A DNA stretch of 64,000 nt from Mustelus asterias (lineage: Eukaryota). The position numbers were made by a program, and so were the translations under genes. The notes under the pieces are model-generated. The model saw nothing but the letters and a program-made list of their open reading frames with translations, made no database searches and had not been told where the DNA came from. Location: positions 496,001 to 560,000 of the forward strand of contig NW_027590214.1 in assembly GCF_964213995.1 (NCBI RefSeq), written 5' to 3'. Below are positions 1 to 11,786 of this stretch, piece by piece (position 1 is the stretch's first letter; every line of letters begins with the position of its first letter).

Positions 1-8
1 TTGTGGAC

Positions 9-590
9 ATGTCTCCCTACACAGCGTGTGTTTATAATCTGTACATCATTACCACAAGGGAAGCCAAATATAGAGATGATGGAGAAAGAAATGGATGAAA
101 ACTCTGAGTGAGATGAAGTCAGGCGAATTACGCTCTTTCGGATGTAGTACCGACAGAGATCAATTTTGTGGCAAGTTTTTTTTCAAAGGTCTGAACTCCA
201 TTTTATTCAATGTAATACTGACCACTAATTGTCACTTTCAGTTCAGTTCAGTTGATTATTTCCGTTTTTTTAACCATGTGTTCCAGATCAGAGCGAAGGA
301 GATTCTGTTACTCAGCGGGATTCCTCACTCACACCGCCAGAGGAAAAATATGTCACTTTAAGCTGTACCTTTACCGACAATACCGATTATTGATTCTGGT
401 ACCGTCAGTACCCAGGCAGGCAGACCGAGTTTGCAGTCCGCAGGGACACTGGCGGCAGTTCTGAATTCAAAGCAGATTTCGCTCAGAACCGGTTTTCTGA
501 CAGAGTCCAACAGTCAGACAAGTTGTACCGATTGACAATCGCGGATCTGCGGCTGTCTGACACCGCGGTCTATTACCGTGCACAGAGTCT
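9..590 (+). pseudogene. TCR alpha/delta V segment pseudogene (V1); degraded leader ~9-58, V exon 287-590
   Basis: After acceptor ttccag (AG 285-286) it reads QSEGDSVTQRDSSLTPPEEKYVTLSCTFTDNTDY*FWYRQYPGRQTEFAVRRDTGGSSEFKADFAQNRFSDRVQQSDKLYRLTIADLRLSDTAVYYRAQS. This is a V-set pattern with TGA at 391-393 and Cys104 changed to Arg, followed by an RSS. The leader assignment is tentative. Confidence 0.88.
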
Positions 591-629
591 CGCGGAGATG
601 GGAACGCGTTTAGCCCTCGTACAAAAACA
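591..629 (+). other. 23-RSS of V1 (degenerate heptamer)
   Basis: CGCGGAG + 23-bp spacer + ACAAAAACA. Confidence 0.85.
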
Positions 630-1049
630 GCCACAGGTTTCTGGGTCACTGCCCGTTTTTGCTGAGGGCTGTTTATAACAGCCGGTCACACACACTGGCA
701 CGTCAATAGTTTCCTGCGCGCACACATCCCAAGATCAATCAGCAGAAATCCCACCAGAAACGGTGGAATTTTACATGGTTATTACATTTACTGCGTGGTT
801 GCAACATTAGCTGCCCACCATTAACAACACAAATTCCTGCCGTTTTCCTGAAACTAGCTTTGTCGATGCAGTGAAATGTGTTAAAAGGAAAGTAACACTC
901 GGTTTAAAAAATCATCCGCAATGGAGACGGGTTACGTCAGGTGAAAATGTTGATAATTAAATGAAACGTGTTAATTGTCCTTCAGTGTGAAATAACATGA
1001 AAATATTAACCAAACATTGCGCTGCGATGACAGCAGATTCTGAGCGTTT

Positions 1050-1064
1050 GCTGCCACCTTGTGG
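1050..1064 (-). promoter_or_regulatory. CTCF-like motif
   Basis: Reverse complement CCACAAGGTGGCAGC matches the CTCF core CCASYAGRKGGCRS except at one position; it lies between V1 and V2. Confidence 0.5.
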
Positions 1065-1766
1065 GAGAGTTCAGAATTTCTCCCCGTAAAGTTCAGTCCA
1101 GTTCAGAACATTATTGTTCAGGAATTACTTTTGCAAGAAATTCAAAAGATTACACCAAAGCTGTCTTGTCATTAAATAATTGCGTTGTTCGGTATAAGTG
1201 CTGTACTGAACTTTATCTCTATTTATAATACTTTATGCTCTTTTTTTGCTATTGTAACATTAAACTATGTTTCATGTATTATTTTATTAGATAATCTCCT
1301 TGTTTCGATTACACAAGGCCATGCCTTGGCTAACAACTGTCCAGACCATGCCTCTTCTCACAGGGCACAAACTAGTGTCTCAGCTATTACTACACTGAGC
1401 CCATGTGTCTGTCCTAATTTCACTGGATCCGGTGCCTGTTTCTATTACACTCGGGTTGTCTCCTTCCTTCAACTTTACTTGCCTTGTAAACCATTACAGA
1501 CGCTGCTGGTTGTTACTGGTCTCAGGCCATGCCCATGTCTATATTGCAAATTTTACAAAATTGTGTAAATTCTCTCAGACAGTTTGGATTATGTCCGAAA
1601 TGTGTTTGATGTAAATGGAATAGCGGAAACCTTCCCCAAATCTGTTACTCTCGGCTTGGAATTTATTGACATTTATTTGAAACCAGCACATTCTGCTGAT
1701 AGGTTAGAAAGACTAGGTTTCTCCCCACCCTGCCCCTATCCCACACACCCTATCACATTGCGGCAG

Positions 1767-1805
1767 TGTTTTTGTACGAGGGCCCCTCAGCTTCCTGTCA
1801 CTGTA
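1767..1805 (-). other. 23-RSS of V2 (first heptamer base mutated)
   Basis: Minus strand TACAGTG + 23 bp + ACAAAAACA. Confidence 0.88.
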
Positions 1806-2321
1806 CATCTCAGTCCGCAGAAATACAGCGCGCTGTCAGTCAGCCGCAGCTCACGGATAGTGAAATTCTCCTCATTTTTTCAAGCGTCTAAAGATGAAGA
1901 AAATCGAATTCCCATACCCTCTGCTCTGACAGCTTCCCCAACAAGTGGAATCTAGCTCAAGAGCGAGGGAGCTTTGTCCCGATTCTCACGGTATAGTTGC
2001 AATGAGTAGAAAGTAGCAGTGGTGGAATAGCTGAAATTGATGATCACAGAGTCGCCTTCGAACTGTGTCGCTGTAACCGGCTCCTGTGCGACCGAGTCTG
2101 CAGCAGGAATATCTGTCCTATTTCAGAAATAGAGAACATTTTGTTATCATTTTATTACAACCAAGATTATCAAATTAACAGAATATATTGTAGATGCAGG
2201 AAGCACACGGTTAAAAGTAAAAATACTCTGTGAGTAACATTAACAACAGATAATTGTTTAACTTGGGAGCTACCAGTTAGGAGACCAGTAGCTGTGAAGA
2301 ATGAATAAAAGGTGCCAACAT
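1806..2321 (-). pseudogene. TCR alpha-type V pseudogene (V2), non-canonical framework; V exon 1806-2112, leader ~2274-2321
   Basis: IPAADSVAQEPVTATQFEGDSVIINFSYSTTATFYSLQLYRENRDKAPSLLS*IPLVGEAVRAEGMGIRFSSSLDA*KNEENFTIRELRLTDSALYFCGLR; two in-frame stops, a frameshifted leader and an adjacent RSS. Confidence 0.88.
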
Positions 2322-2511
2322 GTTCACAGAGCTGATGCTGGATCTGAACTCAGTGAGTTTGAGCTCAATAGTTTTAGGTCAGAGTTCAGGAGATGTGGAG
2401 TGTCATCCGGTCCGGCAACCTGATTGGTCTATTCCTGACAGAGCGACAGGTGACAACCAATCGGTTCACTGCTCCTTTGTCCCATATTTCATCCAATCAA
2501 CACGCAGCTTG

Positions 2512-2519
2512 TGACGTCA
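2512..2519. promoter_or_regulatory. CRE palindrome in the putative V2 promoter
   Basis: TGACGTCA about 190 bp upstream of the V2 leader ATG; CRE-like motifs are typical of TCR V promoters. Confidence 0.5.
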
Positions 2520-3025
2520 GTGAGCTGGGTCGATGAAAGACCAGCAGTGGCCACTTTGCCTTTGGAACATGTCCCTTCTGTCTACCTGTCTATTTCTCAC
2601 CACCTTCCTGCACTACCCGAAGTCCCATTTTACTCTTAATATCCACAAATCTATTAACATCTGTTCTAAATAAACCCAGCGACTGCATAACCACTGCTCT
2701 GTGGGGTAGAGAATAATTCGAGTTGTATTAAACTCAATATGGCTTCATTAACAGGGTCAATCTTTAAATTGGGCGTGTATGTAATAGGTAATAGTTGAAA
2801 CAGTTGTGTTATCATGGTTGGAGTTTTCCATTAAGAGCTGCTCGCTGAAAATGAAAAAATCCTCGCCGCCGATATAAAGAGAGCTTTGATATATAATGAC
2901 TCATTGTGTAGCGCAGAAAGGAAGAATTCTGCCAAGCTGGTCTTTATATGATTTGGGTTCAATTATAAATCCACAATCCAGTTCACAGATCTGATTCAGT
3001 AAGAGGAGGCGAGAGTGCCTTTGCC

Positions 3026-3064
3026 GGTTTTTGTACGAGCTGACTGTGCCTCTGTAGCAGTGTG
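3026..3064 (-). other. 23-RSS of V3
   Basis: Minus strand CACACTG + 23 bp + perfect ACAAAAACC. Confidence 0.92.
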
Positions 3065-3500
3065 GGGCTCAGCGCTCAGTGATACACGGCAGAGTCAGAG
3101 ACATGGACCCCGGTGATTGTTAAAGGAACTGTTCTCTTGTCTTGGTCCAATTCAGCCGAAAACCGGTCAGGAAAATCTGGAGACTTATCCCCTTGTCCCT
3201 TGCCGTATTTCTTCAGGAAATATCTCGGAGCTTCCCCGGGATATTGAATGTACCAGAAGAGAGTCTCGCCAGTGTATTTTGTTGTGTAATTGCAGTTCAA
3301 TATTACCGTCTGTCCTTCCTGGACCGTGAATTCGGGCAGGTCCTGGAAAACTGAATCTTGGCCATTGGTTCCTGTAATAACATATAGAATGTGTGGGAAA
3401 TCTGAGTGAATATAACCGATGAGACACACACTGAGGATCTGAGCTCAGACTCACCGGGCAGCATGAGCATTATTATCAGTAAAGCACACAGGGAACACAT
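3065..3500 (-). pseudogene. TCR alpha/delta V segment (V3), single nonsense codon at Cys104; leader 3455-3500, V exon 3065-3371
   Basis: Leader MCSLCALLIIMLMLP(G), 83-bp GT-AG intron, then TNGQDSVFQDLPEFTVQEGQTVILNCNYTTKYTGETLFWYIQYPGEAPRYFLKKYG...DSAVYH*ALS; TGA at 3076-3078 replaces Cys104. Confidence 0.92.
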
Positions 3501-4259
3501 GGTTCCTGATTGGATAGTAAACAGCGACACTGTCTAAACTATGTTGCTGCTTCTAGTCTGATATCACAGAGTCAACTTAGATCAGAGGCAACTGCAATTA
3601 TTGGGAAACTGGTGGGCGTTTCTCAGTGCTGCGATTGGCTAGTCTGCCTGAGATGACGTTAGATTTGGACCTATCACTGATAGTTGACGACGAAGTGCAG
3701 CTGGCTTTCTCCAATCAAATTGTAGCCCAGGCTGTGTGCGTCTTTCTCATCCTCTTGCTCTCTGTCACATTATCAGTCATTCTGTCTCTTCTCGGTTTAA
3801 CTCTCTTTCCTTCGAACTCAATGTCAGTATATTTCTTGAGGTAGATCTTTCCCCCGAATTAAGGTGAAAAATGAAGCAGATAATTTGACATCTGTCTAAT
3901 GCACAAGTACTGAGTGCCCAGTGCAAGAGGATAATTAATAGATACCGTTTTAAGTACACCGGGAAAAAGTAATCACCCAACTCAGAATTGAGATGCGGTT
4001 CGACTGGGAAAACATTGCTTTCAGTCAGTCAATATTATCAACCCAGCAACTTCAACATGTGACAACTCTGAGTCTGCCTTTGAGATCTGATCACTTTTGA
4101 AAGGTGTGGTCTGTCACACAATTAACTGATCTGGAGCATTTAAAATACAGATTGATGACCTTGTTCTCCTGAGAGATCTGCGGGTTTGTGTGAATAGGAT
4201 CGGGGAATGATTGGACTTGATCTCATAGTAATATGGGTAAAAATATCTCAAATTCTCAG

Positions 4260-6800
4260 GACCAGGGGGACAAAACGCACCACGAAATAGAAGGGACATG
4301 TCAGAAAGGCAAGGTCACAGTGATCATGGGGGATTTCAATATGCAGGTGGACTGGGTAAATAATGTTGCCAGTGGACCCAAAGAAAGGGAATTCATTGAA
4401 TGTTTACAGGATGGCTTTTTGGAACAGCTTGTGATGGAGCCCACGAGGGAACAGGCTATTCTGGACTTAGTGTTATGTAATGAGCCAGACGTGATAAAAG
4501 ATCTTAAAGTAAGGGAACACTTAGGAAGCAGTGATCATAATATGGTAGAATTCAGTCTGCAATTTGAAAGAAGGAAGGCAGAATCAGATGTGAAGGTTCT
4601 ACAGTTAAATAAAGGTAATTACAGGCGCATGAGGGAGGAACTGACAAAAATCGACTGGAAGCAGAGCCTAGTGGGAAAGACAGTAGAACAGCAATGGCAG
4701 GAGTTTCTGGGAGTAATTGAGGACACAGTGCAGAGGTTCATCCCAAACAAAAGAAAGGTTATCAGAGGGGGGATTAGGCAGCCATGGCTGACAAAGGAAG
4801 TCAGGGAATGCATCAAGGCAAAAGAGAGAGCCTATAATGTGGCAAAGAGTAGTGGGAAGTCAGAAGATTGGGAAGGCTATAAAAACAAACAGAGGATAAC
4901 AAAGAGAGAAATAAGGAAGGAGAGGATCAAATATGAAGGTAGGCTAGCCAGTAACATTAGGAATGATAGTAAAAGTTTCTTTAAATACATTAAAAACAAA
5001 CGGGAGGCAAAAGTAGACATTGGGCCGCTCCAAAATGACGCTGGTAATCTAGTGATGGGAGACAAGGAAATAGCTGAGGAACTTAATAAGTACTTTGCGT
5101 CAGTCTTCACAGTAGAAGACATGAGTAATATCCCAACAATTCAGGAAAGTCAGGGGGCAGAGTTGAATATGGTTGCCATCACAAAGGAGAAAGTGCTAGA
5201 GAAACTAAAAGGTCTGAAAATTGATAAATCTCCGGGCCCAGATGGGCTACATCCTAGAGTTCTAAAGGAGATAGCTGAAGAAATAGTGGAGGCGTTAGTT
5301 ATGATCTTTCAAAAGTCACTGGAGTCAGGGAAAGTCCCAGAGGATTGGAAAATCGCTGTTGTAACCCCACTGTTCAAGAAGGGAACAAGAAAAAAGATGG
5401 AAAATTATAGGCCAATTAGCCTAACCTCAGTTGTTGGCAAAATTCTAGAATCCATCGTTAAGGATGAGATTTCTAAATTCTTGGAAGTGCAGGGTCGGAT
5501 TAGGACAAGTCAGCATGGATTTAGTAAGGGGAGGTCGTGCCTGACAAACCTGTTAGAGTTCTTTGAAGAGATAACAAATAGGTTAGACCAAGGAGAGCCA
5601 ATGGATGTTATCTATCTTGACTTCCAAAAGGCCTTTGACAAGGTGCCTCACGGGAGACTGCTGAGTAAAATAAGGGCCCATGGTATTCGAGGCAAGGTAC
5701 TAACATGGATTGACGATTGGCTGTCAGACAGAAGGCAGAGAGTTGGGATAAAAGGTTCTTTCTCAGAATGGCAACCGGTGACAAGTGGTGTCCCGCAGGG
5801 TTCAGTGTTGGGGCCACAGCTGTTCTCTTTATATATTAACGATCTAGATGACGGGACTGGGGGCATTCTGGCCAAGTTTGCCGATGATACAAAGATAGGT
5901 GGAGGGGCAGGTAGTATTGAGGAGGTGGGGAGGCTGCAGAAAGATTTAGACAGTTTAGGAGAGTGGTCCAAGAAGTGGCTGATGAAATTCAACGTGGGCA
6001 AGTGCGAGGTCGTGCACTTTGGAAAAAAGAATAGAGGCATGGACTATTTTCTAAACGGTGACAAAATTCATAATGCTAAAGTGCAAAGGGACTTGGGAGT
6101 CCTAGTCCAGGATTCTCTAAAGGTAAACTTGCAGGTTGAGTCCGTAATTAAGAAAGCAAATGTAATGTTGTCATTTATCTCAAGAGGCTTGGAATACAAA
6201 AGCAGGGATGTACTTCTGAGGCTTTATAAAGCACTGGTTAGGCCCCATTTGGAGTACTGTGAGCAATTTTGGGCCCCACACCTCAGGAAGGACATACTGG
6301 CACTGGAGCGGGTCCAGCGGAGATTCACACGGATGATCCCAGGAATGGTAGGCCTGACATACGATGAACGTCTGAGGATCGTGGGATTATATTCATTGGA
6401 GTTTAGGAGGTTGAGGGGAGATCTGATAGAAACTTACAAGATAATGAACGGCTTAGATAGGATGGACGTAGGGAAGTTGTTTCCATTAGCAGGGGAGACT
6501 AGGACGCGGGGGCACAGCCTTAGAATAAAAGGGAGTCACTTTAGAACAGAGATGAGGAGAAATTTCTTCAGCCAGAGAGTGGTAGGTCAGTGGAATTCAT
6601 TGCCACAGAGGGCTGTGGAGGCCGAGACGTTGAGCGTCTTCAAGACAGAAATTGATAAATTCTTGATTTCTCGAGGAATTAAGGGCTATGGGGAGAGAGC
6701 GGGTAAATGGAGTTGAAATCAACCATGATTGAATGGTGGAGTGGACTCGATGGGCCGAATGGCCTTACTTCCGCTCCTATGTCTTATGGTCTCATGGTCT
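4260..6800 (+). mobile_element. CR1-clade LINE, 5'-truncated, uninterrupted ORF2 (partial APE endonuclease + RT)
   Basis: 827-aa ORF 4233-6716 with [35 protein letters not shown] and KFADDTK; 3' tail of short ATGGTCT-type repeats. Confidence 0.96.
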
Positions 6801-6949
6801 TAAATTTACCAACAGTGACAATTATTGACCTCAGTGAGGGAAAACACTCAGATGGGGCTCCATTGTCACGTTCACTATGGGTAAAATTTCTCTGATTTTT
6901 GATCCCATGTGCTTTCCTGACAATGAACCATTGATTATCGACCTGTGCC

Positions 6950-6988
6950 AGTTTTTGTATGAGGCCCGCGGGAGCCTCATTCACTGTG
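6950..6988 (-). other. 23-RSS of V4
   Basis: Minus strand perfect CACAGTG + 23 bp + ACAAAAACT. Confidence 0.93.
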
Positions 6989-9695
6989 GGTCTCAGTGCA
7001 CAGTAATACACGGAGCTGTCTGTCATCTTCAAATCTTTCATGGACAAGTGGAAAGTGCTTTATTTCAGGTTGAGATTCCCACTGAAGTGTTCAAAGCCGG
7101 GAGCCGTATCGGTAAACCCATAACTAGCGGCTCTGAGCAGATACTGAGGAGCTCGGTGTGGATTCTGGCGATACCAGAACAGGTCATGTTGTGTAGCTGA
7201 ACTCGATGCAGAGTAACTGCATCGTATTGCTGAATCATTACCCTCTGCTGCTTCAACAACTGGTTCTGACTGGGGCACTGAGTCTCTGTTACTCATCTCA
7301 TGGCCCAAAAGTTAAAATTCTAAATTGGGGCAAGGCGAATTTTGATGGTGTCAGGCAGGAACTTTCAAAAGTTAATTGGAGGAGTCTGTGAGAAGGCAAA
7401 GGGACGTCTGGCAAGTGGCAAGCTTCAAATGTGTGTTATTCAGGGTTCCGGGTAAGCACAGTCCTCTTAGAGTGAAGAGGAAGGCTGGTAGACGGAGGGA
7501 ACCCTGGATGACTCGGGATATTGAGGCCCTGGTCAAGAAGAAGAAAGGGGCACATGACATGCATAGGGACTGGGATCAAGTGAATCCCTTGAAGAGTATA
7601 GGGGGTGTAGGAGTAGAGTTAAGAGAGAAATCAGGAGGGCAAAAAGGGGACACGAGATTGTTTTGGTAGATAAGGCAAAGGAGAACCCAAAGAGCTTCCA
7701 CAAATACATAAAGAGCAAAGGGCAAGGGAGAGAGTAGGGCTTCTTAATGATCAACAAGGTCACCTATGTGCCGATCCACAGGGATGGGTGAGATCCTAAA
7801 TGAGTATTTCTCATCAGTATTTAGTGTTGAGTAAAGCATGGATGTTAGTGAACTTGGGGAAATAAATAGTGATGTTTTGAGGACTGTACATATTACAGAG
7901 AAAGAGATGCTGGAAGTTTTAAAGGGCACCAAGATAGATAAATTCCCGGGACATGATGAAGTGTATCCCAGGACATTGTGGGAGGCTAGGGAGGAAATTG
8001 CGGGTCCCCTAGCCGAGATATTTGAATCATCGATAGTCACGGGTGAGGTGCCTGAAGATTGGAGAGTGCCAAATGTTGTGCCTTTGTTTAAAAAGGGCTT
8101 CAAGGAAAACCCTGGGAACTACAAGCCAGTGAGCCTCACATCTGTGGTGGGTAAGTTGTTGGAAAGTATTTTGAGAGACAGGATCTACAGGCATTAAGTG
8201 ATGCAAGGACTGATTAGGGACACTCAGCATGGCTTTGTGAGTGGAAAATCATGTCTTACAAATTTGATTGAGTTTTTTGAAGGGGTAACCAAGATGGTAG
8301 ATGAGGGCAGTGCAGTTGATGTTGTCTACATGGACTTTAGCAAGGCCTTTGACAAGGTACCGCATGGTTGGTTGTTGCATAAGGTTAAATCTCACGGGAT
8401 CCAGGGTGAGATATCTAAATTGATACAAAAGTGGCTTCTGGACAGAAGCCAGAGTGTGGTTGTAGAGGGTTGTCTTTAAAACTGGAGGCCTGTGACCAGC
8501 GGTATGCCTCAGGGATCAGTGCTGGGTCCACTGTTATTTGTCATGTATATTAATGATTTGGATGAGAATATAGGTAGCATGGTTTGCAGATTACACCAAG
8601 ATTGGTGGCATAGTGCACAGTGAAGAAAGTTATCTCCGATTGCAAGGGGATCTTGATCAATTGGGCCAAGCTGATAGAGCTGATGAATGACAGATGGAGT
8701 TTAAGTTAGACAAATGCGAGGTGATGCATTTTGGTAGATTGAACCAGGGCAGGACTTACACAGTTAATGGGAGGACGCTGGGGAGAGTTACAGAACAAAG
8801 AGATCTAAGGGTACTTGTTCATAGCTCCTTGAAAGTGGAGTCACAGGTGGACAGAGTGGTGAAAAAGGCATCGGCATGCTTGGTTTCATTGGTCAGAACA
8901 TTGAATACAGGAGTTGGAATGTCTTGTTGAAGTTTGACAAGACATTGGTGAGGCCACACTTGAAATACTGTGTACAGTTCTGCTCACCCTATTGTAGAAA
9001 GGATATTATTAAACTGGAAAAGTGCAGAAAAGATTTACTAGGATGCTACCGGGACTTGATGGACTGAGTTATAAGGAGAGGCTGGATAGACTGGGACTTT
9101 TTTCTCTGGAGCGTAGGAGGCTGAGGGGTGATCTTATAGAGGTCGATAAAATAATGAGGGGCACAGATCAGCTAGATAGTCAATATATTTTCCCAAAGAT
9201 AGGGAGGTCTAAAACCAGAGGGCATAAGTTCAATGAGAGGGGAGAGATACAAAAGTTCCAGAGGGGCATTTTTTTCGCACAGCAGGTGGTGAGTATCTGG
9301 AACAAGCTGCCAGAGGCAGCAGCAGTGGTGGGTACAATCTTGTCTTTTAAAAAGCATTTAGACAGTTACATGGGTAAGATGGGTATAGAGGGAGATGGGC
9401 CAAATGCGGGCAATTGGGATTAGTTTAGTGGTTTAAACAAAAAGGGCGTCATGGACAGGTTGGGCCGAAGGGCCTGTTTCTATGCTGCAAACCACTGTGA
9501 CTCTGTGACTCTATGACTCTATCTCTGAAAATAAACAGCGGACACAAAGCGGATTAGGAGGAACAACAACGGAATAATTGCCTCGAGATGGAAATGGGGA
9601 ATTAATATGGTTATTGATGGATTTCACCCAAAGGTTCAAAATGACCGAGCTGTGATCAGGACAATAACCAGAGTCAGACAGAATTTCACCCCCAT
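6989..9695 (-). pseudogene. TCR alpha/delta V pseudogene (V4) split by CR1; V exon 6989-7298, acceptor 9525-9527, leader ~9646-9695
   Basis: MSNRDSVPQSEPVVEAAEGNDSAIRCSYSASSSATQHDLFWYRQNPHRAPQYLLRAASYG...NLNLK*STFHLSMKDLKMTDSSVYYCALRP with TAA at 7060-7062; hydrophobic leader MGVKFCLTLVIVLITA lies beyond the LINE. Confidence 0.9.
7300..9520 (+). mobile_element. CR1/HER1-like LINE, decayed, 5'-truncated, flanked by 5-bp TSD ATCTC
   Basis: Fragmented RT ORFs (7838-8197, 8198-8479, 9022-9423); tail gactctgtgactctatgactct; ATCTC at 7295-7299 and 9521-9525. Confidence 0.94.
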
Positions 9696-9964
9696 GGTTC
9701 CAGTTAGAGCTTCAGAAACAGAGACAGTGATCACTGACTGTACCAGAACTGCAATTGGAGAAGTTGAAACAGTCAGTGGAATGGTATGAGGTCGAACGTG
9801 ACTCCCTGTCTCCGCCCATTTTTACATCTTCAAACAAGCGCTTTCTCGAGAAGGAATGGTGATCTTGCATAAGTGATCAGAGAGCGCCCTCCCCTGGCAG
9901 CACTGCCGCATATTGGAAACAGGTGCACACACGGCCACCTGCAAAGACTGACACATATTGAGAT

Positions 9965-10200
9965 ATTAGAATCATAGAATCCGTACGGTACAGAAGAATG
10001 CCATTCGGCCCAGCGGGTCTGTACCGGCCACAAGCGCACCCAGGCCCTATTCCCGTAACCCCATATATTTACCCCGCTAATCCCCCTGACACTAGGGTCA
10101 ATTTAGCATGGCCAATCAAACTAACCTGCACATCTTTGGATCGTGGGAGGAAACCGGAGCACCTGAGGAAACCCAGCAGACACCGGGAATGCAAATACAC
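9965..10200 (-). mobile_element. HE1-like SINE, 3' part
   Basis: Reverse complement of the SINE core (ccggtttcctcccac...gattggccatgctaaattg) plus a CR1-like tail. Confidence 0.8.
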
Positions 10201-10829
10201 ACACAGCCATGTGCAAAGGCTAACACATGTAAGGATATATAACCATATAGATATATGTCTAGGCACCGATATCAATTCTAATGTCCCTCGCTATAAATAC
10301 AGGATTATTCTGTAGATTTGTGACATATATTAGTCTCAGCTGTTAACCATGATAATATATGAATAACGCCGCCTCCGTGTTCACTGGAAGCGATGTATAC
10401 CACACAGAATCAACAAAAGCATAGACACAGGGACAAGTAAACACAGTGATCGATTCTCAAACCGATCGACTCAAAAATAGATACACAGACAATCACTGAG
10501 GAAGATAAACAAACAGATTAACACAGCCATAGACACACTAAAGAGAAGCGCGCCCATTGACAATGTCAAAAACGTACTAGTTCCAGAGTAAACTCCCTGA
10601 ACTGGAATTCCCTGGGGTCGTGTCAGTGCGGCAATATCCCGTTAGATATTCATTGCGATGGAACTGTCCATTTTAACAACAGGAACAGCCAGAAATCTAT
10701 TTCTTATCAATGGTGATCATTAATTGATGACTATAAGCAATTGACGACTATTGGAGAATAAGCAACAATGGATGGATTTATTTTTTACAGTCAAACATAT
10801 TCTGGATGTGTCCGTGTCATGTTTAAAGT

Positions 10830-11115
10830 TTTTTATTAGTGTCACAAGTGGGATAACATTCAATCTGCAATGAAGTTACTGTGAAAATCCCCTAGTCGCC
10901 ACACTCCGCCACCTATTCGGATACACTAAGGGAGAACTTTAGCATGGCGATGCACCGAACCAGTGCGTCTTTTGGACTGTGGGAGAAAACCAGAGCACAC
11001 AGAGGAAACCCATGTACACACAGGAAGAACACGCAAACTGCACACAGACCCAAGCCAGGCATCGGACCCGGGTCCCTGGCGCTGTGAGGTAGCTGTGTGC
11101 CACTGTGCCGCCCCG
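10830..11115 (-). mobile_element. tRNA-derived SINE (second 3'-end type)
   Basis: Same core; 3' end gtggcgactaggggattttcacagtaacttcattgc is shared with the copies at 37804-38323 and 47650-47930. Confidence 0.8.
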
Positions 11116-11786
11116 TGTGAGGTCAGTGTAGGTAAGACTGATTCCCCACCCATTCTCAATGTTATCGGATCAAATGTTCGGGACACAGGAGGACAACACA
11201 AGGAGACTGCTTTGGGTGCAGGTGATTCATTCTCCTCTGTTCTATTCCACATTCTGTGGAAAGTTGTGAAGTTAATTAGTTATATTATATATAATTCAGA
11301 AATAATGAGGAGATGCTTCATCCGATTAAACTCGTTTTGTAAATTCAATATGAAATCAATTGCATAAATAAATATATGTTTACATTGAAAACTATGTCGG
11401 GAAGCTATATCCAATACTTCATGCCATTGGATCAAGGAAACGTTGTTACTTAAAGCAAACTGTATGGACACGGATTCCACAGAAACTCTTTCTTCAAATG
11501 GGGATTGGACAATGACTTGAAACGGAGAAAAATCAGCTTCATGGAATGAGAGGAGGAAACTGAAATGAGAACAAAGAACAGTGCAGCACAGGAACAGGCC
11601 CTTCGGCCCACCAAGCCCACACCGATACATCAGTTGGGTAGCTCGTAATCAAATAATTGGCATAGGCATTGTGGGTCAAAGGGCCTCTTATTGTTGCCTG
11701 CCATTGTCAACCATTTTCAATCATTCTTGGATCAATATGTCTACAGCATTCCCAATGAGTGTTGCAACATTTCAAGAGAGTCCCAT

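Noticed and set aside
3076-3078. TGA at Cys104 as possible selenocysteine
   Set aside because: No SECIS evidence and no precedent I know of in rearranging V genes; a simple TGY>TGA nonsense change explains it.
1-9700. V segments as IgH/IgNAR/NARTCR or a complete rearranging cluster
   Set aside because: No D, J (FGxG/WGxG with RSS) or C exons were seen, and the DSVxQ starts and CALR-type ends fit TCR alpha/delta V better.
10442-10479. RSS-like CACAGTG + 22 bp + TCAAAAATA
   Set aside because: No V-like coding end (YYC) upstream and a weak nonamer in CA-rich sequence; likely chance.
10926-11367. Numerous 60-135 aa ORFs over SINE and antisense LINE sequence throughout the window
   Set aside because: They recur wherever the repeats occur and are translation artefacts.
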